A DNA stretch of 64,000 bases from Phoronis australis. Taxonomy: Eukaryota; Animalia; Phoronida. The notes under the pieces were generated by a model. The model saw only the letters and a program-made list of their open reading frames with translations. It was not told the origin of the DNA and ran no database searches. The position numbers were made by a program, and so were the translations under genes. This document shows positions 1 to 11,828 of the stretch, one piece after another (the stretch's first letter is position 1; each line of letters starts with the position of its first letter). The DNA is taken from the NCBI GenBank assembly GCA_002633005.1, contig NMRA01000230.1:223345-287344 (forward strand), in the 5' to 3' direction.

Positions 1-721
1 CCTGTTGACAACTTTAGTACTTCTAGTAAGCTTTTGCACGTAGTTTTGCCAACCATTTATAAATGCCATTCTGCATACTCACTATTCTAGTACAATAGCA
101 GACACTAGATGGCTCTATCTATACTGGGTCATGATAGGTCAAAGAAATGACGTCACGTATTTTAGCAATGAGGGCTGACCCTTTGGCAATTACAAGCAGG
201 GCTCAGATTTGTCCCTACATTATAATACTCTTATACTTTTACTTCCATGCTGATGTCCCTTGGGTAACGACAACATTTTTATAATCTCACTCTCTGAATC
301 TCTGAATGACAACTTGGGAACTTGAGTGTGTTTCTGACTTGCTCAAACCCGACTACATGCTGGAGACTGGAACGAGGATACATGCTCACTGCAAACTGAG
401 CTACCGTACTACCCTCTATTGATAATTCTAGTTTTTGGACAGGACATGACTCGTACTTATCATGGAAAACCAGGAAATATGCACTCTGCGAACAATAGCC
501 TCCAGACGTGGAAAGTTTGTGACAAATAAAAGATGGTAAAAACTCCTGGAAAACTTCTGAATCATAGAATTTTTGAAAAACTCATGTAGAGACAATAGCA
601 CGAGTTTGTACGTTCTTGTGGAAACTATTTCCTAGAAAATGAAATCCAAAATGGGAGGTAACCATGCTGATTGCCAGTTTCCACTTTTCTTGTAATATAC
701 TCATTGATATTTAACACACAG

Positions 722-3700
722 GTTTACCTCAGTACTCGCCGAGGATCATGGGTATTAAATCGAGTTGCAGAGAATGGCTTGCCCGTCGACATGGTTCACT
801 CCACACGATTCAACATGGTTGCTAGGCAATATGTATCCTTGTCGAAATTGAACGATGTCGTTGAGGGCAGATTGAACCGTCGGTTTGATCACGAGAACTT
901 CGGCTTGAAGCCAAAGCACCGATTCACAGCGCAGCATCCTATGGTGAATGATGATCTTCCTAACCGTATTATCTGTGGTGCAGTGGTGGTAAAACCAGAT
1001 GTGAAGAAATTTACGGAAACCAGTGTCGAGTTCGTGGATGGTACAAAAGCCGAAGTGGATGCGGTGGTTTTGGCGACGGGCTACATCTTCGGTTTCCCAT
1101 TCTTAGACTCATCCCTTGTGCGGGTGGAACATAATGACGTCAACTTGTACAAGTACGTGTACCCACCAGAGTTGAAGCACCCTACATTGGCTGTGATTGG
1201 CTGCTTCCAGCCGCTGGGTGCCATCATGCCATTATGCGAGATGCAATGTCGATGGGCTACTAGGCTGTTAAAGGTATTCTTTGCTTGTTTCTGTTTTGTG
1301 ATCATGATTCAGAAACAAAGTCGAACATTTGGCTGTTTGTGTCCTGACTATGAATTTATTTAGCTGTTGAAGGTATTGAGAACAGAAGGGGAATTTTATT
1401 TATGAGTATAGTGGAAGAGTTTAACAAGTCTTTGATTTTTTACCTTCGTAGTCATTTTCATCACTCCTTTTGCAACATTTTGCTGAGTGACTTTTAGGGA
1501 TAGTTTTTAACTTTTTAAGTTTGCACATCTCTGATAAGCCCATTTAAAAGAGTAAAACACTTAAACATATTCCATCAATTTTTCTGGCTTTGTCAAAGTT
1601 ATGGCTCAATTGGTGGAGGAAATCTGAAGAAAAGGTTTCTGCAGTGTGTTCTAAATTGTGTATGAATTCAAAATTAGCTGAAAAGTGTTTTGTTCTGAAA
1701 TTTACTTAGCTTAAAATGTACATTACAGTTTTTCAACTAGAAAGTCCTCCTTTTATGAAGTTTGATATTGTATTAATTTTCATAAAAGTCTTGGGCAATT
1801 TCTAACTTAGTTGTTGTTCTTTAAAACGTTAACAGGTACTTAACAGGTTCTACAAATATAATTTTTGTCACAATTATCCCATTGCTCAGATTAATCTAAT
1901 GAAATTTGTATTTCACGCTACTGCTCTCAGGGAAAAGCTGCTCAGCGTTATCCCGTAAATTTTATGTAACACGTGGGCCAAGGCCTTAAATGTTGAAATA
2001 CATGAATTTGAAAATTATGATCCTTTTCAGAAACTGTGTATTCTTCCTTCTTCGGAGGCCATGTGGAAAGATATTCGTATGAAGCGAGAAGCAATGAGCC
2101 GTCAGTACGTTAAGTCGCAGCGTCACACCATTCAAGTGGACTACGCTCAATTCATGTGCGAATTAGCCGAGCTCATTGGTTGCCAGCCTCACCTCTGTGA
2201 GTACTTTTGAGCTTTGTTACATTTTTAGGTTTTGTTTACAACGCAGTCATATATATCAAGGGCTGTTTTGAGTGGGAGAAATGAACCTTTATAGGTAACC
2301 AGTAAACGAGATATTCTATCATGTTTTGAANGTCAACTTGTACAAGTACGTGTACCCACCAGAGTTGAAGCACCCTACATTGGCTGTGATTGGCTGCTTC
2401 CAGCCGCTGGGTGCCATCATGCCATTATGCGAAATGCAATGTCGATGGGCTACTAGGCTGTTAAAGGTATTCTTTGCTTGTTTCTGTTTTGTGATCATGA
2501 TTCAGAAACAAAGTCGAACATTTGGCTGTTTGTGTCCTGACTATGAATTTAAGTTTTGTTGCTTTTTGTGTTTTTTGTAGCTGTTGAAGGTATTGAGAAC
2601 AGAAGGGGAATTTTATTTATGAGTATAGTGGAATAGTTTAACAAGTCTTTGACTTTTTACCTTCGTAGTCATTTTCATCACTCATTTTGCAACATTTTGC
2701 TGAGTGTAACTTTTAGGGATAGTTTTTAACTTTTTAAGTTTGTACATCTCTGATAAGCCCATTTAAAAGAGTAAAACACTTAAACATATTCCATCATTTT
2801 TTCTGGCTTTGTCAAAGTTATGGCTCAATTGGTGGAGGAAATCTGAAGAAAAGGTTTCTGCAGTGTGTTCTAAATTGTGTATGAATTCAAAATCAGCTGA
2901 AAAATGTTTTGTTTTGAAAATTACTTAGCTTAAAATGTACGTTACAGTTTTTCAATTAGAAAGTCCTCCTTTTATGAAGTTTGATATTGTATTAATTTTC
3001 ATAAAAGTCTTGGGCAATTTCTAACTTAGTTGTTGTTCGAACATTCCTTAAAACGTTAACAGGTACTTAACAGGTTCTACAAATATAATTTTTGTCACAA
3101 TTATCCCATTGCTTAGATTAATCTAATGAAATTTGTATTTCACGCCACTGCTCTCAGGGAAAAGCCGCTCAGCGTTATCCTGTAAATTTTATGTAACACG
3201 TGGGCCAAGGCCTTAAATGTTGAAATACATGAATTTGAAAATTATGATCCTTTTCAGAAACTGTGTGTTCTTCCTTCTTCGGACGCCATGTGGAAAGATA
3301 TTCGTATGAAGCGAGAAGCGATGAGCCGTCAGTACGTTAAGTCTCAGCGTCACACCATTCAAGTGGACTACGCTCAATTCATGTGCGAATTAGCCGAGCT
3401 CATTGGTTGCCAGCCTCACCTCTGTGAGTACTTTTGAGCTTTGTTACATTTTTAGGTTTTGTTTACAATCCAGTCATATATATCAAGGGCTGTTTTGAGT
3501 GGGAGAAATGAACCTTTATAGGTAACCAGTAAACGAGATATTCTATCATGTTTTGAACTACTAAAAGAAGTAAAATCTTCAGCCAAAATTGTACAAAACG
3601 ATAATGGATTTTTGTGCCTCTTTTATTTGTCACAGGACTTGGGAATCTTCCTCTTTTAAGAGGATTTCCTCTTTTTTGGTTTCAACTTCCTCTTGTTTGA

Positions 3701-4593
3701 TTTCCAGTATAATCTTCATTTTTCATCTTTTTTATCATGATTATTTTGACTTCATGCCAACAAGGTTTGTTGCTGTTAAATTTTACAGCACAAAAATATT
3801 TGTATCACATAGGCCTATTTATTTGTAGAATGGTACATCACCTGGAAAATTTTCCTCTTTTTTGTCATGGTGCATTCCAAGCCCTGATGTCAGTCACTGC
3901 ATCTGTTTGACAGCTTTAATAAAATATGAAACTTGCTAATTTGGGAAGTTTAATCCACAGCACTGCTATTTTTTCAAATGCGTTGGGAACTCTTGTGGGC
4001 TAGTTGTCATCTAGTAACTTCACAGATAATTTGGAAACATTATGTCAGAAAAGAACATTTGAGTGCATCAGAATTGAAAGCTTATGGTATGAGTATGACT
4101 AGGCGGCCATAATAGAAAAATATTTGAAAATTAGCCTCAAATTACATCAAATATATATACAGATTAGTGCTAAAGATTCTCTAGGCACATATTTACCTGA
4201 GTTTACCCAAGTCACATGACTCGTCAGTGGCTTTATGTCTGTGGACTGTTTTATTCGGGTCTTGGAAAAGTATAAAACTGATTTTTCTTCTGATTGTACA
4301 TCATATTAACGCTGTTTACTGTAGCAACTTTGTGAATTGTTCCAGTCAAACTCTGGCTTACTGACCCTTCACTAGCCTGGACGATTTTGTTCGGTCCACT
4401 CACCCCGTACCAGTTCCGACTGCACGGCCCAGGAGCATGGGCAGGGGCAAGGAAAGCTATCGAAGGCCAGATGGAGAGAACCGTTCTACCAACCAGACGA
4501 AAACCATTACCTAAGAAGTCCTGGGCAGGTGTCATTAAAGCTCTGTTTGTAATTTGTGCTCTTTTTGTAGTATTGTTTTTGTTTTTTGGATAG
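722..4593 (+). CDS. FMO: Flavin-containing monooxygenase (FMO5-like), 3' part; 5' exons lie upstream of the window
   Basis: Exons 722-1273 ([10 protein letters not shown]...VVLATGY...[12 protein letters not shown]), 2031-2196 (duplicate at 3258-3423; ...QRHTIQVDY...) and 4346-4593 (...[21 protein letters not shown]..., then a hydrophobic C-terminal anchor and TAG). All have AG/GT boundaries and consistent phases; motifs match vertebrate-type FMOs. The specific paralogue cannot be assigned. Confidence 0.93.
2332..3557. repeat. Near-identical duplicate of 1139-2330 starting right after a single N (probable haplotype-overlap artefact)
   Basis: N at 2331; the copy begins mid-exon with no acceptor and differs only by scattered SNPs and small indels. 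Confidence 0.85.
3633..3886. mobile_element. MITE, hAT-like ends (CAGGRCTTGG...TTCCAAGCCCTG)
   Basis: Imperfect terminal inverted repeats; internal sequence matches the reverse complement of ~62677-62904; same termini as 13619-14128. Confidence 0.65.
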
Positions 4594-5345
4594 ATAATGT
4601 GAAATTAGCTTCAGCGCATTGGTATGTGCGGGCGCTTTTTGTGAAGAAATTTAAGAAATAAAATACCGCTTTTCTGCCATATTGTGTGTTAAATAAATGA
4701 ACACTACCTCTATGATATCTTTATGCTAAATGTGATTTTGTGGCAATAAGACATATTATAAGAATTAAAAATTAACCAAAATATCAAAGAAATCGATTAC
4801 TGTTTCGCTTTAATTATTGGCTATAAAGTATTTCACAATGAATTTCTACGTTGTTGTAGGTAATTTTATGTTCTACTACTTTAAACCAAAGACTGATGTT
4901 GTCTCAATGTATATTTAATATTGTTGATTTTATATAAAAAGCTCAATTTATAAGATTTTGTGGCTTTCTTGTGCTTGGCATAACAAATCTTCTGTCTGTT
5001 CAGTAGTAGTTTATTTTGATAACTTTTCTGTATTCAAATTCAGCAGATTCATCAATATTTACAGATCTAAGTGCTTAAATTATTTAGTTAAAGGGGCCTG
5101 TCACAACATTCCAAGTCAGTGTGTACTTTATGCCTGGCGCACAGTAATGCAATAAAGGGTGCCAACTGGATGTACTGTCCAAGTGTTTAAGTCCAGATTC
5201 AATACAAAAGGGTGCTTCTCTCATTTCTACAAAACAGCACCTTTTGTGGTTCAATGTTTCTGTTTGGTTTAGCCCCTACCTTCGTTGAAACATTTTGTTA
5301 TTGAATGAAACGCAGGTGATATAGTAAGCGTTAGCTTCGCTTATG

Positions 5346-5535
5346 TACAGTTGTGTCATCCATGTAAGGCACCTCATGGCCATGCTAGATACAGTTGTAG
5401 TGTCATGCATGCAAGACACCCCATGGCCATGCTGGATACAGTTGTAGTGTCATGCATGCAAGACACCCCATGGCCATGCTAGATACAGTTGTAGTGTCAT
5501 GCATGCAAGACACCCCATGGCCATGCTGGATACTG
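5346..5535. repeat. 47-bp minisatellite, ~4 copies
   Basis: Unit GATACAGTTGTAGTGTCATGCATGCAAGACACCCCATGGCCATGCT(A/G). Confidence 0.9.
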
Positions 5536-6724
5536 TTCTTGAATTGTTCACGAAATGTTGATAATCACTGACAAATGTTATATTAATCCAATTTTATTTT
5601 CTTTTAAGACACTTTAAAACATTTAGTAGTTTTGTTTTCTTAATATGCAATTTCCAGAGCTTCTAAGACATGGGGGTTGCTGAGGTTTCACTTTGTTACT
5701 AAGATATCTGATATAATTTTGTTACTATTTTTAAATTAAATTATTGTATTTTTGATCTCAATATGGTGCCATTAATATGAGCTTGTCTAAAGCTATGTTG
5801 CCATGGGCAACATCATGGACTGACACTGTTGGTTGTCCATGATTCTCGAGTGTAATGTAATAGAATGATGTCTTTATCTTAAAGGTCAATTCCGGCTGCT
5901 GTTTAGCTGTGGGTGTTGATTGTTAACCAAAACCCTTTGGAGGTTTAAAACATTACCATGCCTATCCAGTCTTGAATAAGTCACAGGCTATGCCCAAATG
6001 CATCGTTTTCGATTTTGTAATTTTCTGGAGTCACTGATCCTAAGGGACTCAAGTTCTTTCACAGTCAGGAGTATTGCACAAACATGATTGGCTCTATTCA
6101 TTTTTCATTCTTGTCAGTTAGGTACTGAGGAAACGCAACTTTAAATGGACAATCTCTCCTTCTTCACTTCATAAAACATAAGATAAGCAGGTTAGTACAT
6201 GTTTATCTACACATTATGTATCTCAAACTTGTCTATGTATTTATAAAATGATTTCCATCCTCAAACAGAGCTTTCTATTAATGACAGATTGGACAACCCT
6301 TCCAAGATTTGGTTTGATTGATACGTTGGGTGTTTCCTCGTTTCCTTTTGATGACAGAAATCGAGGCAGAAATAACCATGGGGGGGATTCTAAATCGTGT
6401 CTTTCGTGATTTCCACCATTTAAAGCAATGCTCTAATAAGTTTTCTGAAAATTGTCATTCATGAGCTAAATATATTTATGGTATTTACAACGCTAATTTT
6501 CTTGGGGTCGCATTACTCGCTTTTAAAACAACAATAAACTCACCTTCCACAATAGAAACCAACCCTTTTATCATTATGAAATTATTCTCAGACTGTTTAT
6601 TAGTCAAATTTGAAATTATTGCAGACCTTCGAAGGAACTGACGTCATTGCTGTAGTTGAGGTCATGCTCTACAAAATGACGTGTCACGTTTGTCATTTTA
6701 TGTGCCGGGCGTGGTCTTCAAATN

Positions 6725-7203
6725 TTATAAAATGATTTCCATCCTCAAACAGAGCTTTCTATTAATGACAGATTGGACAACCCTTCCAAGATTTGGTTTG
6801 ATTGATACGTTGGGTGTTTCCTCGTTTCCTTTTGATGACAGAAATCGAGGCAGAAATAACCATGGGGGGAATTCTAAATCGTGTCTTTCGTGATTTCCAC
6901 CATTTAAAGCAATGCTGTAATATGTTTTCTGAAAATTGCCATTGAGCTAAATATATTTATGGTATTTACAACGCTAATTTTCTTGGGGTCGCATTACTCG
7001 CTTTTAAAACAACAATAAACTCACCTTCCACAATAGAAACCAACCCTTTCATCATTATGAAATTATTCTCAGACTGTTTATTAGTCAAATTGGAAATTAT
7101 TGCAGACCTTCGAGGGAACTGACGTCATTGCTGTAGTTGAGGTCATGCTCTACAAAATGACGTGTCACGTTTGTCATTTTATGTGCCGGGCGTGGTCTTC
7201 AAT
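6725..7203. repeat. Duplicate of 6241-6723 after a single N (probable assembly artefact)
   Basis: N at 6724; near-identical tandem copy. Confidence 0.85.
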
Positions 7204-9523
7204 TAATGTAAGGAACTATCTGATCCTTGCAAACCGAGAAATTACTTCTCATGAGAGTAGGGAACACATTGAAAGCAAATTACCACTGTATAAGTGGTTC
7301 ATAGTACAGTCGGGTTTCACAGTACAGTCGCTGTAATGGGGGAACGTGATAGGTTGGAAACGGTAGTAGTAGCCACAACCATATTGAAAACTACCCAAAC
7401 ATGGCCAACATGACAACGTTAGATTCTAAGCTTTATCCACTATTATCCAAAACGTTATTACGGTTTGTTTTTTAATGATCTACTTTTGCAAGAGTATTAC
7501 AGAACTTTTACGAATTATCAAAGTACGTTGCATAAAACGATGAAAAATCACTTCATTCGTTAAACTTTGTTTTTCAAAACAACATCTTTTTTATTAGACT
7601 CAGCCTGTTCCGCAAGTGTTATTCGTTAGCCGTGCGACATTTACACGGCGCGAACCGGCGATTAGCTCAAATTTCGTAAACACTGAGCTCGTGAAATAAG
7701 CTATAACTCTATAAGTGTCACTCGGGCCTCCCCTGGTCTGCCAGAAATTTAACAATATGTCGCAACTGCGTTTTGCTGTCAGAGCGCATCAAATTAAAAA
7801 AAAAAAACACTTTCGTTTCGTTTATTCCTAAATTTGACTTGCTATCGCAGATTTTCATTAGAAGTTCTCGTAAGGAATGAATTTTAGTCATGTACAATAT
7901 TTTCGACACATAATTATACTCGTTGATCTTGACAGATTCCCAGTCTGTCCTCCAATCTCAACAGATAACTTGAACTTCGAAACGTGTTCACTCCTTTCAA
8001 ATACTGATTCTTGATCATAGGTGCCGTCTGTTCAACAGTTTGCACGTACACTACCGCCAAGTCAGCGTTTGCCAATGTCACTGCACAACGTACGCTGTTT
8101 TGATAACGTCCAGAAAAGAAATTTATATTTTCCACCCCTTGGTTGTACCAAATTTCCGACAACAAAGCCGTAAGCAAATGGCACTGCTTGACATTTGAAC
8201 TGAATCCAGCAGTCTTAATTGTTACTCGTCTGTCGTGTCGTGTTGAAGCTTGTAGCAGTGTTATGTATCTGGCTTCGTCTTTAGATATCAATTTTAACCG
8301 CAGTTACCTGTAGACACTCAGCCTCTGGGAATCGGCCGGGTGTTGTGCGTCTTCCCAATTCCTCCGGCTTTGTGACATTTGGCGTATATCTTTTAGTTTT
8401 CCGAAGACTAAGAAACTGATTTGAACAGTTTCTATATAGATTTATAAATCTTTGCCATGATGAAATCTCAAGATCTCGGGACCATGAGGATTGGGACAAT
8501 TTTCTTGTCGGGAAGATAAGCACATTTACAGGTGCATGTCTTTTCGAGCTTTAATGTCGGTTTCAAAATGGCTTTAAACGTTCGACAATTAAGCAAGTAT
8601 CCAAACGCCGTTGTCCAAACAACTTTATAGTACAAGTCAATCTGATTATAATTATTTGTATTCTTAAGTCGTATTTATCAGGACACCGTTCAGATATCAC
8701 TTCAGTACCCTCACGAGGTAACCCGTTAAACACCAATATTTTTCCTGGTGAATGTGAATTCATAAATTTTCCATGTTTACAATATTCCTTTGCAATGATA
8801 CCTCATGGGCGCACCCAGGCTGGCTCGTTCAAGCTTACATACCTCCTAAAATTTTATACATCATGTTTGGAGTTTTTAAATTTAAAGGTTGGGATTCAAC
8901 CTGCAGTACGAGCTTGTTCACCTCAATTACGCGTGCCATCGAGTTCTATAGCTCAAAATACTGAATTTATCAATGGCGTTTTTTCAGTGGTCGGTTCTGT
9001 GCACATTAAAGTTCAACTGAAGCGGAGAAATTGAAATGTTTTCAACACCGACGGCGCTTGGCTGGGACAGTGAAAATATCATTTTTATGTAGCCGATGGC
9101 GGGAAAAAACACTGCCACATCACCGGCCGCTGGGACCAGCATTCAGTTATGAGCAAATTATTTTGAGAAAATGCTGTCGCGTAACTCAATGATTACAAAT
9201 CAATATTTAACGAAATAAAATTGACACGGGTTTTGTATAAATCTTTCTCACGTTTCTACTTTCGGCCTCCTGCCGGCGCCAGATTAGTGCAGGCATAACG
9301 GCGTTTCCCCGTTCAGGGACTTTACTAGACGTAGGGACCGGGTTGTGAGCGCTTTGGTAACATATCTAGCTCATTCTCAAGCACAGTCTCGTTTTGTCTG
9401 GTATGACAACAGGCAGGCCAATTATCTACCAGCCTTATTACAGACCACGTAAAAAGGTCATTTTTACGAACAGTCGAACCCAGAGCGAATTGGTACCCCN
9501 GGAATTAATCAGTCGTGTAAGAT

Positions 9524-9610
9524 ATTGGCTACAGGGGTCATCTTCCCAACTTGTTGCTGAGCTATAGAATCGAACAAGTTGGGATAAACGGGAAAACGCC
9601 GTAATGTTTC
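9524..9610. repeat. Dispersed hairpin-containing repeat (second copy ~24520-24610)
   Basis: TGGCTACAGGGGT...TTCCCAACTT...AGAATCGAACAAGTTGGGA...AACGGGAAA...CCGTAATGTTT occurs at both sites; internal inverted repeat TCCCAACTT/AAGTTGGGA. Confidence 0.75.
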
Positions 9611-11828
9611 GGCGACTTCACTAACAGAAAGTTGAATGAGCTATTAATTTTGGGCCCGACGAATGATAGTTACAGTCAATTTGGATACCGTGACCCGCAC
9701 TGTAGCAAAAACTGTTATTAAAGTACTGAAAATGCTCTTTATGTCCGATACTAAAAATATTTTGCTTTTTGGTCGGAAAATCAGATACCAACATGCGGTG
9801 GACCCCGCCGGAGACACGAGTAAGCAACCTGCCTAAGCTTTACATGTCGTTCCCTAGGTGGCGTTGCAAATAACAGTGCTATTACCTTTTCACACGTGTG
9901 TAACTTCTGCTTGATTACAAGAACGTTGGGTTTGTTTGATTTCTGTCCCTTTATCTGATTAATTATTCCATAGTTGTTCGGCAGTTTTGTACATCCTTTT
10001 TAATGTCTGTTTTGCAATGTCTGAAACAAGCCACTGTGGAAAAGTATGACATTTTTACCTAAAATTTTCCGCTTGATCAGTGTCACTGAACAGTGTGGTT
10101 GACGTGGTTGACCAGCGCCAACGGCAACGTCATGACGTATTGCAGCGCTCGAGTTGGCGACCTGCAGGTCGCCAATACGACCTCAGAATGTGTTTGGCGA
10201 CTTCGAAAAAATGTTAAGTCGCCACCAAGTTGCCACTGCGAGTATCAAAGTCCAACAATAATTCCCCCTAAATCCGTTTCAAACTTTCAAAGTTCGTGTA
10301 CTGTTGACTTATAAACTTTAAATAATAATTAACAGTAACACTGTCAAGTTTTCATAGATTCATGACCGTTGATTCACCACTGCTCCATTTATTTCATAAA
10401 ATCGGTGTATTTGCCATCACAGCAGTCAACACACATCAACCACATGCGTAAATAACAACAAGCGGAATTGTTCGGTGAAAATCTGGCAAGATCGGCGAAA
10501 TACGCGCCACCAGGGTACTGTGACCGTCGGAAATAGATGTGCCAGAAGTCTGGCAATTAAGTTTCGTAATCTTACCAATAGGTGACCCTCGTGTAGATCA
10601 TTGTGGAATTACTGTTGCTTGACCTACGATTGGGTCATTCATTGTCTGACCCCACTTGAAGTCAAACAGCTGGTAGCGAGATTGCGTACCTCGCCCGACG
10701 TGCCACACATCTAGATTACTCTGAAATGACGTGTGCATTACTCCCTTTTTTACTTATAAGGTGTATTACATATTGAAATAAGATGCCATGGTCACGGGCC
10801 TCAGAATCTCCCAATGACTCACATACCCATAAAAAACATGAAGGTACACAAAAAATGCTGTTGAGTCTGATGTCCAAACTTCAGTTTTCTCAAATGCAAA
10901 TGAATTATGCGTGCACCGGTGTAGATGTACACAAAAGCCTGGCAACAAAATTTCAAGAACAACTTCAAAATTCTGTTCAAGGCCACTTTTTTCTGTTGCG
11001 GTAGATGCAAGTTTTGCTTCAACTTTGTTTCATATGTGCACCATATGTTTTTTTCGTGGGAAAATTGATTTCTGGCATATATTGCCAGAAACTCAGACAG
11101 TGTGATTGAAATCAACCTATTACAAGTGCGGACGTTTCTGCTGGAAAGCTAAGGGGAGATTTCATTTTTGTGTTTAGGCACAAGTGTATATGTAACACTG
11201 TTCGATTAAAATATTTACTTGTGCGAGGAAAGAGTTTTTTTGACTTTCTTAATTGCTTTATCAGCGTCTGCCAAAAAACCCCTTGTACATTTATACAGAG
11301 GTCTGCCATGACGTAACAAATTAACTTCAATGATTTTGTGAGTTAGCTGTTTCCTTTGAGATTTTTGTCACCAAATCACAACTCAAAAGCAAATTGGTGT
11401 CCAACCATAATGTTTTGATATTATTACCCTGTAGTGGTGTTCGTGATGGATAGGAAGGACTGCCTCGCGATGAGAAAACCCCCCATGCTCTCAATGTTAT
11501 TGAAAATACTCACCAATATCTCGCATTGACTCACAAAGTCCAGCGAGGTCCTAGATTTTTAGAGATTCTAGAGCCTGTGGTCTATGTAATCAAGACATGG
11601 CCATAGACAGTCTGTAGTGCCCACCTGTTGTGCTAACCCCCTCTCATTTGACTTCAACCCTCATGTCTTTGAAAAAAACAAGATATACCCGGTATGTGAT
11701 TTTTGTATTTTCAAGCTTTTAGTTGACAGTGTGGGGAAACATTGGCATGCTGATTTTGTTTGTCAAATTTTTGCTTTAATATATATTTTACATTTCATTT
11801 AAAGATCAGAAGTCAGGTCATACAGACC

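Noticed and set aside
6241-7203. ~480-bp tandem duplication
   Set aside because: Same single-N junction signature.
9500-9500. Single N as another duplication junction
   Set aside because: No flanking duplicate is visible; treated as a simple gap, so continuity across it is uncertain.
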